Assembly: GCA_964433345.1 (NCBI GenBank)
Contig: CAYSQJ010000005.1
Coordinates: forward strand, 40,440 to 104,439
From: an uncultured Bordetella sp.
GTDB taxonomy: Bacteria; Pseudomonadota; Gammaproteobacteria; Burkholderiales; SG8-41
DNA: 64,000 nucleotides
Direction: 5' to 3'
The notes beneath the pieces are model-generated. The model did not search any database. It was not told where the DNA came from and saw only the letters and a list, made by a program, of their open reading frames with translations. The translations under genes were made by a program, and so were the position numbers. Within the stretch, counting starts at the first letter, position 1, and every line of letters starts with the position of its first letter. Positions 62,943 through 64,000 of this stretch are shown here, one piece after another.

Positions 62943-62962
62943 ATAACTATTTGTTTTTATTG
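62943..62962 (+). repeat. AT-rich dispersed core motif, copy 9 (ATAACTATTTGTTTTTATTG)
   Basis: Overlaps the stop and last 7 codons (LKNINKNK) of 62947..63504. Upstream of the CoA-transferase B start. Confidence 0.75.
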
Positions 62963-63504
62963 ATATTTTTTAGCGGCCGCAGAATGCTGCGCCAGGCTGC
63001 GAGTTTGCGGCGGTAGTCGAGGGCGGCATGTGCCGGGCTGGTCGAAGGCAGCCGTTGCAGGCGCAGCGCACCGGGTTCCAGCGCCGGCTGCACGTGGATG
63101 CGGAAGCAGCGTTCGGCGGTCGCGCCGTTGAAAAACACATGCGTGATCCGCGGATGGCGGGCGAAAAAGGCCGGCAGGTCATTGGTGATGACCGAGTCGG
63201 GGTCGATGTCGGCATCAAGGCTGCCCGGGCGCGTGCAGGCTGCGAGCACGTCCCACAGCGCGACGCCGGCGGATCTGATGAGGCGTGTGCGCTTCGCGTA
63301 AGGCAGTTCAGGTGATGCGCCAACGAGGTCACCCATGATGCGCCAGAAGGCATTGCGCGGATGGGCATAGTACTGCCCCGCGCGCAGGGACTCGGCGCCG
63401 GGCATGCTGCCCAGCACCAGCACCCGCGCGCCGGCATTGGCCAGCGGTGCGAAGCCGCGCAGGACCGCTGCAGGTTCAGCTTGATGCGACGGCTTCCGGG
63501 GCAT
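62947..63504 (-). CDS. DNA-deoxyinosine (hypoxanthine) glycosylase, UDG-superfamily
   Basis: 185 aa. GFAPLANAGARVLVLGSMPGAESLRAGQYYAHPRNAFW and RLPSTSPA blocks match this UDG family as I recall it. Overlaps the 3' end of 63476..63979 by 29 nt. Confidence 0.7.
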   Translation of the reverse strand: MPRKPSHQAEPAAVLRGFAPLANAGARVLVLGSMPGAESLRAGQYYAHPRNAFWRIMGDLVGASPELPYAKRTRLIRSAGVALWDVLAACTRPGSLDADIDPDSVITNDLPAFFARHPRITHVFFNGATAERCFRIHVQPALEPGALRLQRLPSTSPAHAALDYRRKLAAWRSILRPLKNINKNK

Positions 63505-63979
63505 CGGCGAGGTGTTGTGCGAGCACGCCGTCGCGATCTTCCATGTAGCCTTCGACCGCGGGGTAGTCGATCTCGTAATACGGGTGCATCGAGCCCGGCC
63601 ATGCGCCTTGCGGCACCACGGCCGCGGCCTCGACCATGAATCCCGGCACCAGCGTCAGCTCGGGCTGTTCGCGCAGGCGGTCGGTGGTCACGAGTTTTTC
63701 GGCGGTGACCAGCACGCGTTTTGCGGCGCGGGTCAGAGGATGATCCCAGAACGGCGAACCGTAGACGCGGGCATTGCCCTCATCGTCGATTTCCGCGGCA
63801 TGAATCACGGCAATGTCGGGACTCAGCGCCGGAATGACATAGACCTCGCTGCCCGAGCCGTAGGGATCGCGCAGCGTCTGCCAGCCGTTGACGCGCGCCA
63901 GTTCGCTGCCGTGCACGCCGGCCACCGGCTGGAAGGGTATCCCGTAGGAGGCTGCACGCAGCCCCGCGACCAGGGTCAT
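63476..63979 (-). CDS. CoA-transferase alpha (A) subunit-like, C-terminal ~60% only
   Basis: 167 aa. LRAASYGIPFQP, PDIAVIHAAEIDDEGN and VVPQGAWPGSMHPYY blocks correspond to the middle and C-terminal part of A subunits. Preceded by an in-frame TGA. Confidence 0.7.
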   Translation of the reverse strand: MTLVAGLRAASYGIPFQPVAGVHGSELARVNGWQTLRDPYGSGSEVYVIPALSPDIAVIHAAEIDDEGNARVYGSPFWDHPLTRAAKRVLVTAEKLVTTDRLREQPELTLVPGFMVEAAAVVPQGAWPGSMHPYYEIDYPAVEGYMEDRDGVLAQHLADAPEAVASS

Positions 63980-63982
63980 TCA

Positions 63983-64000
63983 GGCATGTTCCTCGAGCCT
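63983..64000 (-). other. Open reading frame fragment (...RLEEHA) in the same frame as 63476..63979, separated only by TGA 63980-63982
   Basis: Direct reading of the minus strand: AGG CTC GAG GAA CAT GCC TGA ATG ACC. The window ends here. Confidence 0.4.

Noticed and set aside
63980-63982. In-frame TGA as a selenocysteine codon
   Set aside because: No SECIS-like hairpin is evident immediately downstream on the mRNA. CoA-transferase A subunits are not known selenoproteins. An ATG follows directly, which is also compatible with a simple stop-start junction. Kept only as a split-gene or pseudogene question.
1-64000. Search for prophage, integron, IS element or defence-system genes (restriction, Cas, abortive-infection, toxin-antitoxin pairs)
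   Set aside because: No integrase, transposase, recombinase, nuclease/helicase defence signature or small paired toxin-antitoxin ORFs were recognised. The patatin, HD-domain and ParA genes occur in housekeeping-like contexts without the partner genes expected for CBASS-type or similar systems.

Overview
This is a 64-kb, strongly GC-rich chromosomal segment. Its gene content looks betaproteobacterial (Burkholderiales/Rhodocyclales-like): five Bug/TctC-type binding proteins, one complete tctCBA transporter, and many translationally coupled ATGA/GTGA gene junctions. I call about 62 protein-coding genes, nearly all for metabolism or transport. I recognised no rRNA, tRNA, CRISPR array, transposase, integrase or phage genes.

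Main blocks, in order:
- A PAS-GGDEF cyclase, rnk and several dehydrogenases.
- Two paralogous Tat-signal aldo/keto reductases.
- Two FAH-family genes followed by tctCBA.
- A long minus-strand array (20285-31064): GntR regulator, cysteine-dioxygenase-like cupin, MDR reductase, acyl-CoA synthetase, hotdog thioesterase, UbiX/UbiD, 2-hydroxyacid dehydrogenase, VOC protein and a flavoprotein. It faces three tandem MFS paralogues and two tandem TauE/TSUP exporters.
- An orphan ParA.
- Two gamma-glutamyltransferase-like genes with three Bug genes.
- A housekeeping stretch: srkA, hydrolase, patatin, dtd, htpX.
- A 1084-aa protein with a roughly 565-residue A/E/R/K helix and an AsmA-like C-terminus.
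- A second thiol-dioxygenase cluster (mdo-like plus family III CoA-transferase).

Signals most worth a second look:
1. Nine copies of a conserved 20-nt AT-rich core, each sitting exactly at a gene boundary.
2. A set of intercistronic hairpins whose arms are built from tandem 7-9-nt words.
3. An N-terminal module shared by the giant coiled-coil protein and a nearby response regulator.
4. Two putative organosulfur (thiol dioxygenase) catabolic clusters.
5. A CoA-transferase A gene interrupted by an in-frame TGA and separated from its B subunit by a DNA glycosylase gene.

All functional calls come from reading the translated ORFs and recalling family motifs. No database search was run.
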